This document shows, piece after piece, positions 1 to 12,874 of a DNA stretch of 64,000 nt; position 1 is the first letter of the stretch; each line of letters opens with the position of its first letter. The position numbers and the translations under genes were made by a program. The DNA comes from Octopus vulgaris (lineage: Eukaryota): assembly GCA_951406725.2 (NCBI GenBank), contig OX597826.1:57908001-57972000 (forward strand). Direction: 5' to 3'. Below the pieces are notes generated by a model. The model ran no database searches and was not told the DNA's origin. It worked only from the letters and a program-made list of their open reading frames with translations.

Positions 1-368
1 TTAGAGGAAGAAAGAACAAGAAATGTTTTTAATAAAGAACCTTGTTGAATTCAAAGATCAAATATCAGTTCTTGTGAAAGTAAAAGGAGCGGTACTTTTT
101 CAAAGACTCTAGTGTCTTAGACAATCATTTACAATTTCATTTGTTCTTGCTCTGCCAGGTTTTATCTCTATTGTTAAGTGTTTATGTGAATGCATTGTGT
201 TCACAGATTTATATGTGAGTTGGTGTATCTAATTCCTTATATAACATGTGTGTAAATGTATAAATGTGTTTACACTGAAGATATGTATGTGTGTTGTATA
301 TACAGATTATCTTTATCATACTGCATCCCAATGTGTTATATATATATATATATATATATATATGCGTA

Positions 369-750
369 GGAGTGGCTGTGTGGTAAGTAGCTTGCTTACG
401 AACCACATGGTTCTGGGTTCAGTCCCACTGCGTGGCCCCTTGGACAAGTTTCTTCTACTATAGCCTCGGGCTGGCCAAAGCCTTGTGAGTGGATTTGGTA
501 GACGGAAACTGAAAGAAGCCCGTCGTATATATGTATATATATATATGTGCATGTGTTTGTCCCCCTAGGATTGCTTGACAACCGATGCTGGTGTGTTTGT
601 GTCCCCGTCACTTAGCAGTTCGGCAAAAGAGACCGATAGAATAAGTACTAGGCTTACAAAGAATAAGTCCCGGGGTCGATTTGTTCGACTAAAGGCAGTG
701 CTCCAGCATGGCCGCAGTCAAATGACTGAAACAAGTAAAAGAGTAAAGAG
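369..750 (+). mobile_element. tRNA-derived SINE, family A (full length; internal (TA)n; (AAAGAGT)n-like tail)
   Basis: Head GGAGTGGCTGTGTGGTAAG...GGTTCAGTCCC resembles Pol III A/B boxes. Near-identical copies at 11.98, 23.03, 24.95, 30.15, 49.9 and 54.66 kb. Confidence 0.9.
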
Positions 751-1331
751 TATATATAGGTATACACACTGAGAACACAATGTGTTCAGCATATCTACTA
801 TGTTCAAGTATATATAGAAGGTCTACATTTATGTGTGTAGTATGGCTGTGCATGTGCGTGTAGGTGTGTGTGCCTCTACATGCATATGCCTGTGTATGCA
901 TGCAGTGGTGTATTAAGATTTCTATCTACATGCATGTGTAAGTGTCACCCGAACTTTATAAATTTTTGCTATGTATGTCTGACCTAGCACGACTATAAAG
1001 TTTCATTTCCTTTATTTCTCTGTAGGTTAACACATACTTTTGAGTATATATCATGAACATCATTATTTTTTGCCTACTTTCCATGCTGGCATGAACTGAA
1101 TGGCTCACCATAGTCTAAGCCAGTTCTTATTTGGAACTACTGCCTTTGTAGAATCTAAGAAGACTCCATCAGACTCATACGTTTTCATTGCTGGTTTGGT
1201 TTCTATGGCTGGATGTCCTTCCTATCACCAACCAATTAACAGAGTGTATTGGATGCATTTTATCATGGCACCAAAAATAGAGAGGTGTTTTGTGACTCGG
1301 TATGACTAAAGATTAAAGGTATGATAAAAGA

Positions 1332-1568
1332 AGGCGGCGAGCTGGCAGAAACGTTAGCACACCGGATGAAATGCTTAGCGGTATTTTGTCTGTCATTACG
1401 CTGTGAGTTCAAATTCCGCCTAGGTTGACTTTGCCTTTCATCCTTTCGGGGTCGATAAATTAAGTACCAGTTCCGCACTGGGGGTCGATGTAATCGACTT
1501 AATACCTATGTCTGTCCTTGTTTGTCCCCTCCATGTTTAGCCCCTTGTGGGTAATAAAGAAATAGGTA
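1332..1568 (+). mobile_element. tRNA-derived SINE, family B
   Basis: GGCGGCGAGCTGGCAGAAACGTTAGC head, GAGTTCAAATTCC B-box-like motif and GCCTTTCATCCTTTCGGGGTCGATAAATTAAGTACCAG core. Flanked by an imperfect AGGTATGAT(A/T)AAAG repeat. Confidence 0.9.
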
Positions 1569-1979
1569 TGATTAAAGGTTCCTCTTACTCTATAATGTAT
1601 TTGTTCATTCAATGCAAATTGATAAAGAAGGCGAAGTGGAGAGAGAGTGATTGAAGAAGAAGCAGGATGGATGGTTGAAAGGAGCAAGATTTTAATGATA
1701 CAAACAGTGAGTGGAGTGGGAAAGTGGTTGATAAGGAGAGAGATTGATAGATAGTTTTAGAAGTGGATAGTGGTAAGAATGTGTGATAGATGTGAATAAC
1801 AAACAACCCCGTAGACAGAAAATGATGACTGGAGGTACAGAAAAGGTGATGGTAAAATATAGGAAATACAAGCAGATCTAATGCAGTACATTATACATAG
1901 ACATCAAACAAATAGTAAAAGAGGTAGAGTGATAAGTATGGTAGGAGCATTGTAACGAATATGAGAAAGGTCCAATACC

Positions 1980-2207
1980 TATTTCTTTATTACCCACAAG
2001 GGGCTAAACACAGGGGGGACAAACAAGAACAGACAAATGGATTAAGTCGATTATATCGACCCCAGTGCGTAACTGGTACTTATTTAATCGACCCCCGAAA
2101 GGATGAAAGGCAAAGTCAACCTTGGCGGAATTTGAACTCAGAATGTAGGGGCAGACGAAATACCGCTAAGCATTTCGCCCGGTGTGCTAATGTTTCTGCC
2201 AGCTCAC
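1980..2207 (-). mobile_element. SINE family B with 16-bp TSD
   Basis: Reverse complement of the 1332 copy. AGAAAGGTCCAATACC occurs at 1964-1979 and 2208-2223. Confidence 0.9.
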
Positions 2208-2505
2208 AGAAAGGTCCAATACCATCTCTCCACAATAGTATGGTACAGCAAACAAAAGAGAGGGTGATTGCTAGAGAGCTGAGAAGGATGGGTAGGTCTA
2301 AGGAAAACTCTAGTCACAAGAAAAGCATAGTAAAAGTAAATGGAAGCAGAGAGTGGAGTGAGGATGAATAATAGAGAGATGAGTGACAGATTGATACTGT
2401 TAAGTCTTACCTGCTGCCTACCATCCTTCATTGATACCCTCTTTTCTTTCTATCACTTATCTTTGGTCATTGTTCCATGCATACATATATATAAGACAAT
2501 TACAA

Positions 2506-2745
2506 TGAATATGGAAATTAGTACATCTGCATATTTTTTATTTCTACAGTCAAATGGTTTAAATTTGTCCAATGTAATTTTCTTCTCTACAGACAACTAG
2601 CAGTTGTATTAAGTTACTTTCAACTGGTGCAAATCCAATTACTAGTTGTCTATGCAGCAGAAACGTGTTAGAGAAACTTAAAGAAAATATGCTGTATAAT
2701 TGAATGTAAAAATAAAATATGCAGATGTACTAATCTCTGTATTCA
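2506..2745. repeat. ~240-bp imperfect palindrome / fold-back
   Basis: 2506-2553 is the imperfect reverse complement of 2700-2745 (ATTAGTACATCTGCATATTTT / AAAATATGCAGATGTACTAAT). 2591-2610 pairs with 2632-2651. Confidence 0.85.
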
Positions 2746-2948
2746 ATACAGAGATTGGATATACACTTGATAAATTCTTGTAATTTAGCAAAGTGAACCC
2801 TGGATTTACTAATCAGAGGAAATACAGTGGAACTGCTTACCCTGAGTAATCCTAGGTACTCGTTACAACTCAAAGTGGTTAGCCATAACCCAGATTATAA
2901 CTGATTGCTTGTACAGTACCCACCTGAATACTTTATCCCAAGCTATTC

Positions 2949-3035
<87 letters not shown>

Positions 3036-3065
3036 TATGCAGGCATTAGATTCTCCCATTGCATG

Positions 3066-3155
3066 TCATCTTGGGCAAGTGTCTTCTACTACAGCCCCAT
3101 GCTGACTAAAGCCTTGTGAGTGGATTTGGTAGATGGAAACTGAAAGAAGCCTGTC

Positions 3156-3206
<51 letters not shown>

Positions 3207-3240
3207 CATACACACACATGTATATATATGTATGTATACA

Positions 3241-3276
<36 letters not shown>

Positions 3277-3330
3277 ACATGCATATACATATATATATTG
3301 GTGTTGGTTTGTTTATATCCCTTTAACCTA
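3066..3330 (+). mobile_element. Degenerate SINE family A fragment beside (TA)n
   Basis: TTGGGCAAGTGTCTTCTACT...GAAAGAAGCCTGTC match, with CpG>TpG/CpA changes relative to younger copies. Confidence 0.75.
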
Positions 3331-4938
3331 GCATTACTGGTACATATTTTATCCTTGAATATACAGATTTGAAACAGTACTAAATGATAAAAATTTTTAA
3401 AAAGAAAACAAAAACAGAACCCTAAATAAAATATTGATTTGATGTTTTTAGATAATGATTGTACACATCAACATAATACCACAAATATATAATGTAGCAA
3501 GTATATTTCATAGAACCATCCAGAAATTACTATGGTACTTAGGTACTTGTTTAATTAACTTTATTAAGATGAATGGAAAAGTTAACACGTGTTGGATTTC
3601 AGTTTGAAATATAGAGAACATAACAAAATATCATACTTTGGCTCTTTACTGATTGTGCCATTCCACCATTCTTGAATACTGGCTGAAGTGCTTTCATTAA
3701 TCTATGGTAGCATACTCTTATTGATTGTTTGTTTTTTTTCTTTATAAATACAGTGAAAGTCAAACTGCTATATATCTATTAGTTGTAGAAATTACAAAAG
3801 GAAAAACAAATTCATAGTTTTGATGGACAAGCATATTTGAACTTAAGTGCTGAAAGATGTTACTGCAACATTTACAGAGAGTTTGTCCTGGCAACCTTCA
3901 TTCTAATAATATTTTTCCTTCCTTCATCTATTTGAGCAAATAACTATACTCCTTTTGGAAAAACAACTGAATTCACAGTTGATGTTCTTCTCAAAGTTTG
4001 TTATTGAAAGCATATCTAGTTGGATTAGTTTAGAAAATACCTAAATCACAGGAAAGAATGAAGAAGATAGTGTCAAGTATTTAAATTGTTGGCGAAGAAA
4101 AAAGAGAATTTAATAGGGGAATGAAAACAGCAACATTTTCTTTAGGTGAGGAGAGCAGACACATAAATGTTGCTTGCATACTTCCCAGCAAAAGAAAAAA
4201 GATCAAAATTCCACTAAGATGCGAACCATGTTAGTTCACGGCAAAATGTTAGATAAATAAAGTCAAAGACCTGTGTCGCCATGGAAAGTAAATATCAAAA
4301 CAATAAAGAAATTACAAATAGAATTATCTGAGAATAAAAGAAAATAACTGCATCAACTATAGAAAAATAATGATCATGAAATAGAATACACACACACACA
4401 CACACATACATACTCACAAATACAAGAAAAGAAGTCCCATGGAAGAAACAAGACACACACACACACATGCACACACACAAGACAATTTCCTCTCATTGGA
4501 ACCAAAGAATGGGGTAGGGATAAAGACCTAAGTTTAATCAAACTGACACCACTGACAGGTCAACTGACAACCATTTAATCATTTAGTCTCATTTATTTAA
4601 GTTTAAACTCAACAACAACCATCACCATTGCTGATATTAACAGTGAAGTCGGCCAATGATTGAACCAAGCCTGCAGACTTATAAAAGTCAAAGGGGCCTC
4701 TGATGAGGCAAATATAGTATATTGGGGTGTGGATTAGGGTTAAATATAGCGTAAAAAGAATATTATCGTAGAAGAAAAGACCATGTTGGGGAAGGAGATA
4801 GCATTAAAGTTAATTCAACAGAATTTTCCAGGCTACTTAACTTCATCCAATTCAAAATTTTTAAAATAAGAATTAGAATTTTTGTTTTTTATTATTTTAT
4901 CATTAGAAGGATATGAAAATCGAGAAAGGTATTCCTAT

Positions 4939-4939
4939 G

Positions 4940-4998
<59 letters not shown>
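4939..4998. repeat. (AAT)n microsatellite
   Basis: Seen directly. Confidence 0.95.
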
Positions 4999-5348
4999 TA
5001 GATTTGTGTTGATAAGTTAGGGTTGTTGTTTAGCCCCAGGGCAACCCTGGTGCAAACAAGAACTATGATGAAAGACAGTTTGTTTATAATCATCCCATCT
5101 TTTTGTTTATTAGGAACTATGTTGTCCAGTGCATTCTTCTCTATTTCAGATGAAGGGGTGTCAGCTGAGGTAGATTTTGACTATTTCTAGCAGATGGAGT
5201 GGCAACATAGTAGTAATGCAATGGCTTGAACAAGATGTGGATGATGGAAGGGTAGTAGTAATTAATACATGTCAAACAGAGAGCTCTCATCTCTGAAGCT
5301 ATAACTAAGAGTCATATCATGAAACTGTGAATATATGCAATTTGTTTT

Positions 5349-5664
5349 CGTGCCGGTGGCACGTAAAAAGCACCATCCAATTGTCGCCATTGCCAGCCTC
5401 ACCTGGCCCCCGTGCCGGTGGCATGTAAAAAGCACCATCCAACCGTGGCCGTTTGCCAGCCTCGTCTGGCAACTGTGCCGGTGGCATGTAAAAAGCACCC
5501 ACTACACTCACAGAGTGGTTGGCATTAGAAAGGGCATCCAGCCGTAGAAACATCGCCAGATCAGACTGGAGCCTGGTGCAGCCTTCTGGCTTCCCAGACC
5601 CCAGTTGAACCATCCAACCCATGCTAGCATGGAAAGCGGACGCTAAACGATGATGATGATGATG
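5349..5664 (+). mobile_element. Retroposon family C 3' portion, with internal ~60-bp tandem units and (GAT)n tail
   Basis: Three GTGCCGGTGGCA(C/T)GTAAAAAGCACC units, ending GGACGCTAAACGATGATGATG. Other copies at 12.9 and 13.2 kb. Confidence 0.8.
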
Positions 5665-6144
5665 TGTGTGTATATATACATTTCTTTTTGAATTAGTACA
5701 CATGCTAGAAGCATGCATGTGTGTGTGTGTGTGTTTGCATGAGAAATAGAGAGAGGAAAGATTTGAAAGCCTACTTTTAATTTGTAATGTGCTTTTTACA
5801 GGCCATCAGGAACATTCCACTTTAATATACAGGTGTATATTAATGGGGAGTGTTTATCAGATATTCTAATTACAAACATGAGAGTTAAACAAGCTGGTTA
5901 TTGAAATTCAATACATTACTAACAAAATGAGACTGACAGATATCATCATAGATATTTGTTAGACATAACAAACGCACTGCCAGGAAAAATTAAATTCCTT
6001 TTGAAACACACCGTCTTAACTACTACCACTACAGAAGCCTCTGCTTCTTAAAGCAGGTTGGTCTTGTATTACTGCCACCCAGCACCACCAAACTCACTCA
6101 CCTCTCCTCTTGTTCATATTGAGTCTTCTTTTCTATCTTCTAAG

Positions 6145-7900
6145 CCCCACACTAAAGACATAGAGCTTTAGAAGTCATTTTCTTCAAGCCATTCATGGCA
6201 GCATCAATGGAACTACAGAGTGTGCTCTTGGCACTTCAATGGTAACATCTTATCATGACATACAAGAAAGGGAAATAAGAGTGTGTGTCGGATACTCTCT
6301 TGAGAGCTTATCTCACTGACTTATCAGAACTAAACAACGTAGAGCAAATCAATGCACTTGATTATCACTCAGTCACAAAAGGCTAATACATTGAAATCCA
6401 AATTCCATCCAGAGCAAGCTATAAGAAGACCAAAGAACCACAGTTCAAGGCTAACCTGACAACAGATTCAAAGTCTCTGGTTCAGTGCAGCTGTCATTCT
6501 GGGACTCTAGAAGTGAACTGGCTGTCTCTGACAGAATAATGTAGAAGGGAATGAGAATTAACATTATACCAAAACTATGCCCCAAAATGCTGAATAAAAC
6601 AGACAAGTGACACATGGACATTACAAAATACACACATCATGCCAAGGAGATCATGTACTAGCCAACATCGGAATATGAAATTGAACAAAAGATTATGAGC
6701 TGTGTGGAAAATATTCCAAATGCTATGTAATCTGAATCATTTAAAACCCACAAAGATTCCAACATTTGTGGAGAGCAGAACAAACGTTTTTGAATTTGAG
6801 TCAGAAATGTTGTTACCTATTGATTACTACTCAAAAATTCATAAGCTGATCAGCTGCCAGACATGCAATAGCTCCATTATAACTGAGAAACTAAAAGGTC
6901 AATTTAGCAAACAGTATCTCTTGTACATCCTGCTATGCCAATGGACATTATTTTTCCAGTGAATTATTTCAAACATTTTGCACAGACTTTGGCAGGAAGA
7001 ACAAGACAAGCAGCCCAAATCAAACAGCAAGTCAGGTTTCTCCATACAAATGGCAAAGTGATCATAACAAAAAGCTGAAGACAAACATATAGTACTCTTC
7101 ACTCATCAAATCACACCCCACAAGGGATTAATTTGTTTGTCATACCACTACTCAAGAACCAAAATCCCTAGAATCAACTGATTTGCAACACAAGAAGTGC
7201 CCTGAATTTCCAGGATGTATGGTATCACTTCATCCCTGCTTCTGGTCATCTTTGCTCTCCTGCTATTGCAATAGTCTCCTCTGAAATCCACTTTGCTGAT
7301 CATGTGGGTTTCTTGTACAGTACATGTTTCTCTGCTGTTTCAACGGCAATTTCCTTCACCTTTTCCCATATTTCTTCTTAAGCAGATAAGGCTGAAAATG
7401 TCGCTAGAAACTGGGATTACCAAGCGTAGATTGGCATATTTCGGTCATATTATGCGGAGAGAATCCCTGGAGAAGGACATCATGCTCGGAATGGTCAGTG
7501 GCAAGAGAGGAAGAGGTCGACCAAGAACCCGCTGGCTTGACACCATCAAGAGTGATACCGGAATGGCCATGGCCTGTCTGAAGGAAGCGGCCCAGGATAG
7601 AACTGACTGGAGGACATTGATCCAACGAGTGACCGAGAGTCGACTTCGACTGAGCGGATAGAGATGGTATCACTTTGATTTTGAAGAAGTCTAAAAGAAA
7701 TATTACCAACGCAGGACTGAAGCCAAGACTTACCTCCAGTGTAACTAAGGAATCCTGTTCAAACACAGCCCAAAATTAACAAGAAAATCTAGTTCCTTAA
7801 GTGATCACCTATGTTAGTTTTAATGCTCTGAGTTTCCACATTCATAGTCTGAGAACACATTATGTTGTCACAATCATCTATAACTACAACCATTTATAGC
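6145..7900 (+). pseudogene. Decayed Ty3/Gypsy LTR-retrotransposon pol (RNase H end, integrase zinc finger, core and C-terminus), split by an RTE insertion
   Basis: Manual translation gives LQSVLLALQW*HLIMTYKKGK...VSDTLLRAYL (cf. LQR..LQ.Y...YKPGK..ADALSR), KMLNKTDK*HMDITKYTHHAKEIMY*P (HHCC zinc finger), VFEFESEMLLPIDYYSK and IITEKLKGQFSK. Many stops and frameshifts. Confidence 0.8.
7231..7663 (+). mobile_element. RTE/BovB-clade LINE fragment with inverted 5' segment and 12-bp TSD
   Basis: 7376-7661 encodes LAYFGHIMRRESLEKDIMLGMVSGKRGRGRPRTRWLD...RVTESRLRLSG*, a BovB-like C-terminus. 7231-7379 on the minus strand encodes EEIWEKVKEIAVETAEKHV...KWISEETIAIA, resembling the BovB EN-RT linker. ATGGTATCACTT occurs at 7219-7230 and 7664-7675. 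Confidence 0.88.
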
Positions 7901-8989
7901 AATAGGCTAATACCCTGAGATGATGAGTAGTGTGCAACTTATTGAATGTCATTGTGACCTACAACTAGCTGCCACTGATCCCAATATGACCACACCTTAC
8001 ATCCCAGTACTGGCAGAACCATGTAACCACCAAACAGACTAGAGTTATAAATTCTGCTTTGTGAAGTTATGCATATCGTACTTTTCTCAATAAATTTGTG
8101 TATACTAGTTGCAGAATTATAAATCACTACTGCTAAAAGATTTAAGGGCATTATAAAAGGTTGTTTTTTTGCTGTTGTTTTTTTTAACAAAATCTGGGCA
8201 GGTCACTGCTTTCATCACTTGTAGTTTATTACATAAGAGTGTAGGTGGATTGCTGCTCTTAATGTGTACTATAGCATCCGAAACATGATGGTGCTCATTA
8301 TGAGCTTTCTATTCCTTATAAAGCATACATTAAATATAAGAGGGACTTTTACAAGTATGAAAAACACTATGAAGTACTGATGTTATTATGGGTTCAATGT
8401 GCTACAAATGTCATTTAGAGAAAGTAATAAAAGCAAGTAGGCAATAATCCTACACCTTTTTATGTGATTAAAGAGAGAGATACAGACAGAGCACTCTATC
8501 CATCATCTGCGCAGATTTTAGCTGAATATGAGAAGGACAGAGTGAATGTTCAGGCATTGGTGTGTTTATGTATATGAATATATGAGGGAATAGCAGATAT
8601 GAGTTTTCTAAATATAATTTTCATTATATTGCATATAAATGTGCACCTGTGCATAAGATGTAATACAGAATTTTCAAATAAAACGTGTGAACACAAAAAA
8701 AAAAAATTATATTTATAGTAAAAGTTTATAACATTTGTTAATAACTTATAACAAACACCACATAAAGTTTCTCACAAAGCAGTCATCTTATGATTACTCA
8801 GCCAGAAACTCAGAGTAATGCCATGGCAAAACTTTAAATAGCAAGCTATCTATACAGCGTAGTCTTACATATCTATGTGTATGTGTGTGTTTGTATGTAT
8901 ATGTATGTATGTGTGTGTGTGTGTGTGTGCGTGTGTGTGTGTGTTTTATTGACTTCTTTTATATATATTTTGTATATATGCATATCTTA

Positions 8990-9430
8990 TTTATTGATAA
9001 ATCTGCTATGTTCAAAACATTCTGTCTCTCTCTCTCTCTCTCACACACACAAAAAAAAACTTCCTCCACAAACTACGCATTCAAAAATAGTATTCACCTG
9101 AAAACACTTCTAAACAGACAACACACACTGACTAGCAAAACTCACAAGAAAATACAAACGAAACACAAAAGGAAAACACAAAACATAAAAGGAAAAATAC
9201 ACAGAAATACAAAACCAAATAACATTGAAAATTTAAACACTCACCCAAACACAAACAAAAACCACACACACACACACTCACAAACACACACTATGCATAT
9301 GTCTCCAAACATCTGATGAGGTGCACATGCCTTATGCACCCACGAAACATTAAGTAATGTGGTGCTGAGTCAAACTGTTATAAAATACATGTAACTTCAA
9401 CCAAGTGTGATGAGTGCTACTTTCTTACAT
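8990..9430 (+). mobile_element. Probable Penelope-like element 3' relic with a degenerate hammerhead motif
   Basis: A/C-rich tract followed by CTGATGA-GGTGCA..TGCACC-..CGAAAC (9313-9348) and an ACATT/AATGT stem. Upstream peptide remnant is only weakly like Penelope ORF ends. Confidence 0.4.
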
Positions 9431-11316
9431 TTGTTCAGTCACCTCTGTGTGTGTGTGTGTGTGCATAATAATATGTATGTCTGCATAGTGTGTGTATGCA
9501 TAGTGATGTGTATGTCTGCAGTGTGTGTGTGTGTGTGTGTGTGTGATGTCAACCAATAGCTTGCTTTGGCCATATTAACACTGATCTAATGGCATAAAAA
9601 ATATATTAAAAAAAGTAGTAAGTGGCAAACTTCTCTGACCACATCAACATTTTCTTTGCTTTTTCTTTATACATTTAACAGACAGACTAGCACTATACAA
9701 ATAACACTGTTCTGCCATTACAGAAAAGGATGAGCAAAGATGTGAATACTTTTTCAAGGAGATTCTCAAGCCTATAGAAAAAGAGTTTATGACCTTAATA
9801 GTGCTAGGAAGCATTTCTTAACAATAAAACTGATTTTAAAGCCATTATTGTCTCTTTACTTCTATCACTACTCAATCTCACTATTAGGTCACAGCTCCTA
9901 ATAACAGAACATCACTCAAATGTTGTTATAAGATATCACATCTCTAGTCCACTTTTCTTCCAGTCTACATAATACCACTTCCGACAAAGAACAATATAAA
10001 AAAGAACATGTCATCAATAAATGATATTTCAACATTAACTCCTTACAAAATTTACTTCCAGTTAAACAATTCTGACTAATATCTCACAAAAATGTTCACT
10101 TGTACACTTTAATACAAAAGCAAAACGAAGGAGCAAAAAAAAATATAGAAAATAAGAATATAAAAAAAAGTTTGGAAAAAATGGTGGAGGGGGTTCTTTC
10201 ATATTGTTTTCTATCTTTTAAGAGACTACTTTCTGTGAATAAAAGCTCTCGAAGCACATATCAAGATAGACTAACAAGATGGTGCAACAGACGACATCTT
10301 CCTATTTTTAAGGTTAGCATAAAAGAGTACAATATATTGGTATCTGAGAAGATTGAATACAGGAAAGAGAAAAATTACTAAAGTTTTTAAAAAATACGAT
10401 ACACATTTTCATTTTTTTCTTTATAGTTTTTTATTTTTTTTTTTTTTTTTTTTACCTGACAGGTATATAGAGATACTTCAACAACAGAATCCAGCACCTT
10501 CTACAAAAATAGATAGTTCCAAATGTCAACATATAGCATAGCTAGAGAAAGAAATTTTCCGGAAAATCTATACGTTGAGCACATACACATAAAAAACAGT
10601 GTACATGTTACATAAAAGGATGGTAGAGTACACATATCATACACATGTGTGCAGACACAGACACACGTGAATAAACATATGTGTATAGTACTTAATAGTA
10701 TAGTTATTTAAGATAATGCTTATATGAAGGCATGTATACACGCACACATACACACACAAAAATGTGTGATAAGATGTGGGTACATATTTTTTGTTCACTA
10801 GGTATAGAGTATAAAAGTTTAAGTCTAAAATTGCAATCATATTTTACATATCTTTTAGCAGAAGTAATATCTTTTAAAAAAATATGTATATTTAAATTAA
10901 AAGGCAAAAAATGTATAAATATTTAAAAACTTATCTACCCACCTACCATCCTTCAAAACAAGAAATATTTTTAAAAAGTATCAACTGAAGATATTTCTTC
11001 ATATGTCCAATGAATTTTTCTTTTCTTTCTTCCTTTTTTGATATCTGTTTTCAATCTATATTTTACTGGAATATTTCATTGCTCTGTATTTTTTAAAGCT
11101 TACTGCACACAAAATACAGCTTTTATTTTGCTATACTAAAATATCCATTTTGAACACTATCTGTTTCTAACTTCAAACTATTTAAACTTTTCCAAATTGA
11201 ACACATTTCTTCTCTCATTATTGAACTTGTTGACTCCAATCCCTTTAATAATCTAATTTATTATTATAACCTAGGAATTTCTCCTTAAGGCTCTCTCAGT
11301 CCTTACATAATGATGG

Positions 11317-11373
<57 letters not shown>

Positions 11374-11975
11374 TGTATGCTGGAATGGGGAGAAGCTAGC
11401 ATTTCTTTGAAATATTTCAGGTCTCATCTCAACGCCACTAAATTCAATTAACACTAATTAATTGTAGGAGTTACTTCTAATTCTAGAAATAATATTTCAA
11501 TGCTTGAAATTGCAAATCCAGTGTGTTTAGCTCACATTGCATTCAGTGTCTTAACTGTTGATTTTCAGAAGCAGCACTCAGTTTCCTGTTCAGAATATTC
11601 TAAGCAACAATAAAGAAAGGCTATTATTTAATAGGAGTTTTATATGAATGGACAACAGTGAAATGGAAAAGAGAGAGAGTTGAGAGAAAACTATAATCAG
11701 GGAACACATACAATTCTGATGTAGGATATACAACTCCCATGCACGGAAAATAGAGTGAAAGCATTATAAACCAATGTATGTATGATTACTACCTGTGGAA
11801 TGTAAAAGTTATCTCAGAAACAGTGTACAAAATATTTATAATGATTATCAAAAAACTAATTTTCTTTCCATCTTGACGTCTTCACCTGCAGATAAATACA
11901 GACATGATGTATGAGAGTGCATGAGCGCATGAGTCATTATTTTTGGCTAGTTCCTGCCAACAGCAATCCACATAT

Positions 11976-12201
11976 CTCTTTACTCTCTCTCTCTCTCTTT
12001 TACTTGTTTCAGTCATTTGACTGCAGCCATGCTGGAGCACCACCTTTGGTCGAGCAAATCGACCCCGGAACTTATTCTTTGTAAGCCCAGTACTTATTCC
12101 ATCGGTCTCTTTTGCCGAACCGCTAAGTTACGGGGATGTAAACACACCAGCACCGGTTGTCAAGCAATGCTAGAGGGACAAACACAGACACACAAACATA
12201 T

Positions 12202-12258
<57 letters not shown>

Positions 12259-12418
12259 TACGACAGGCTTCTTTTAGTTTCCGTCTACCAAATCCACTCA
12301 CAAGGCTTTGGTCGGCCCGAGGCTATAGCAGAAGACACTTGCCCATGGTGCCACGCAGTGGGACTGAACCCGGAACCATGTGGTTGGTTAGCAAGCTACT
12401 TACCACACAGCCACTGCC
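11976..12418 (-). mobile_element. SINE family A
   Basis: Full-length reverse-complement match to the 369-750 copy. Confidence 0.9.
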
Positions 12419-12582
12419 GCGCCTATATAACATAATCTTTTTGGTGTAACTTAGGAAAATCTAAGATTCTTGTTTCCAACCTTCTCAAATCAGGCTTCTG
12501 GGGTAGAAAGGAGCAAGGTTGCAAATAGTCTAATAATGACAAATACTTCATAGTTAACATAAATTATGATATAAAGAATTTA

Positions 12583-12796
12583 CAAGGGGGCGTTGAAAAG
12601 TTTCTGGCTTTCGGTAAAAGAAAATACAGGAGGATTAATTAATTATGATAGTTATGCAACATATTTCCTTCTCAGATTCACACACTAATTGCAGCTGTCC
12701 TTCAGTTTTTTGCAGCCCTGTAAAAGAACTCAGAAGGTAGGAAACCAGGCCTCTTCTCAATATCCTTAAAGCAAAGAACTTTTCAGCACCTCCTCG
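12583..12796. mobile_element. Mariner-type MITE (TA TSD)
   Basis: TA|CAAGGGGGCGTTGAAAAGTTT ... AACTTTTCAGCACCTCCTCG|TA terminal inverted repeats. Second copy at 27763-27967. Confidence 0.8.
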
Positions 12797-12874
12797 TACA
12801 TCTGATAATTATTTTCTTCATTCTGTCCTCTATAATTTGAAAATATATCAGACTATTACAGTTGAAGTTTAAAG

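Noticed and set aside
1-120. Possible coding exon at the window edge (LEEERTRNVFNKEPC*)
   Set aside because: Too short, with no recognisable homology and the acceptor not visible.
7293-7661. Host gene encoding a 122-aa protein
   Set aside because: The ORF is a chimera of an inverted LINE segment and the RTE C-terminus.
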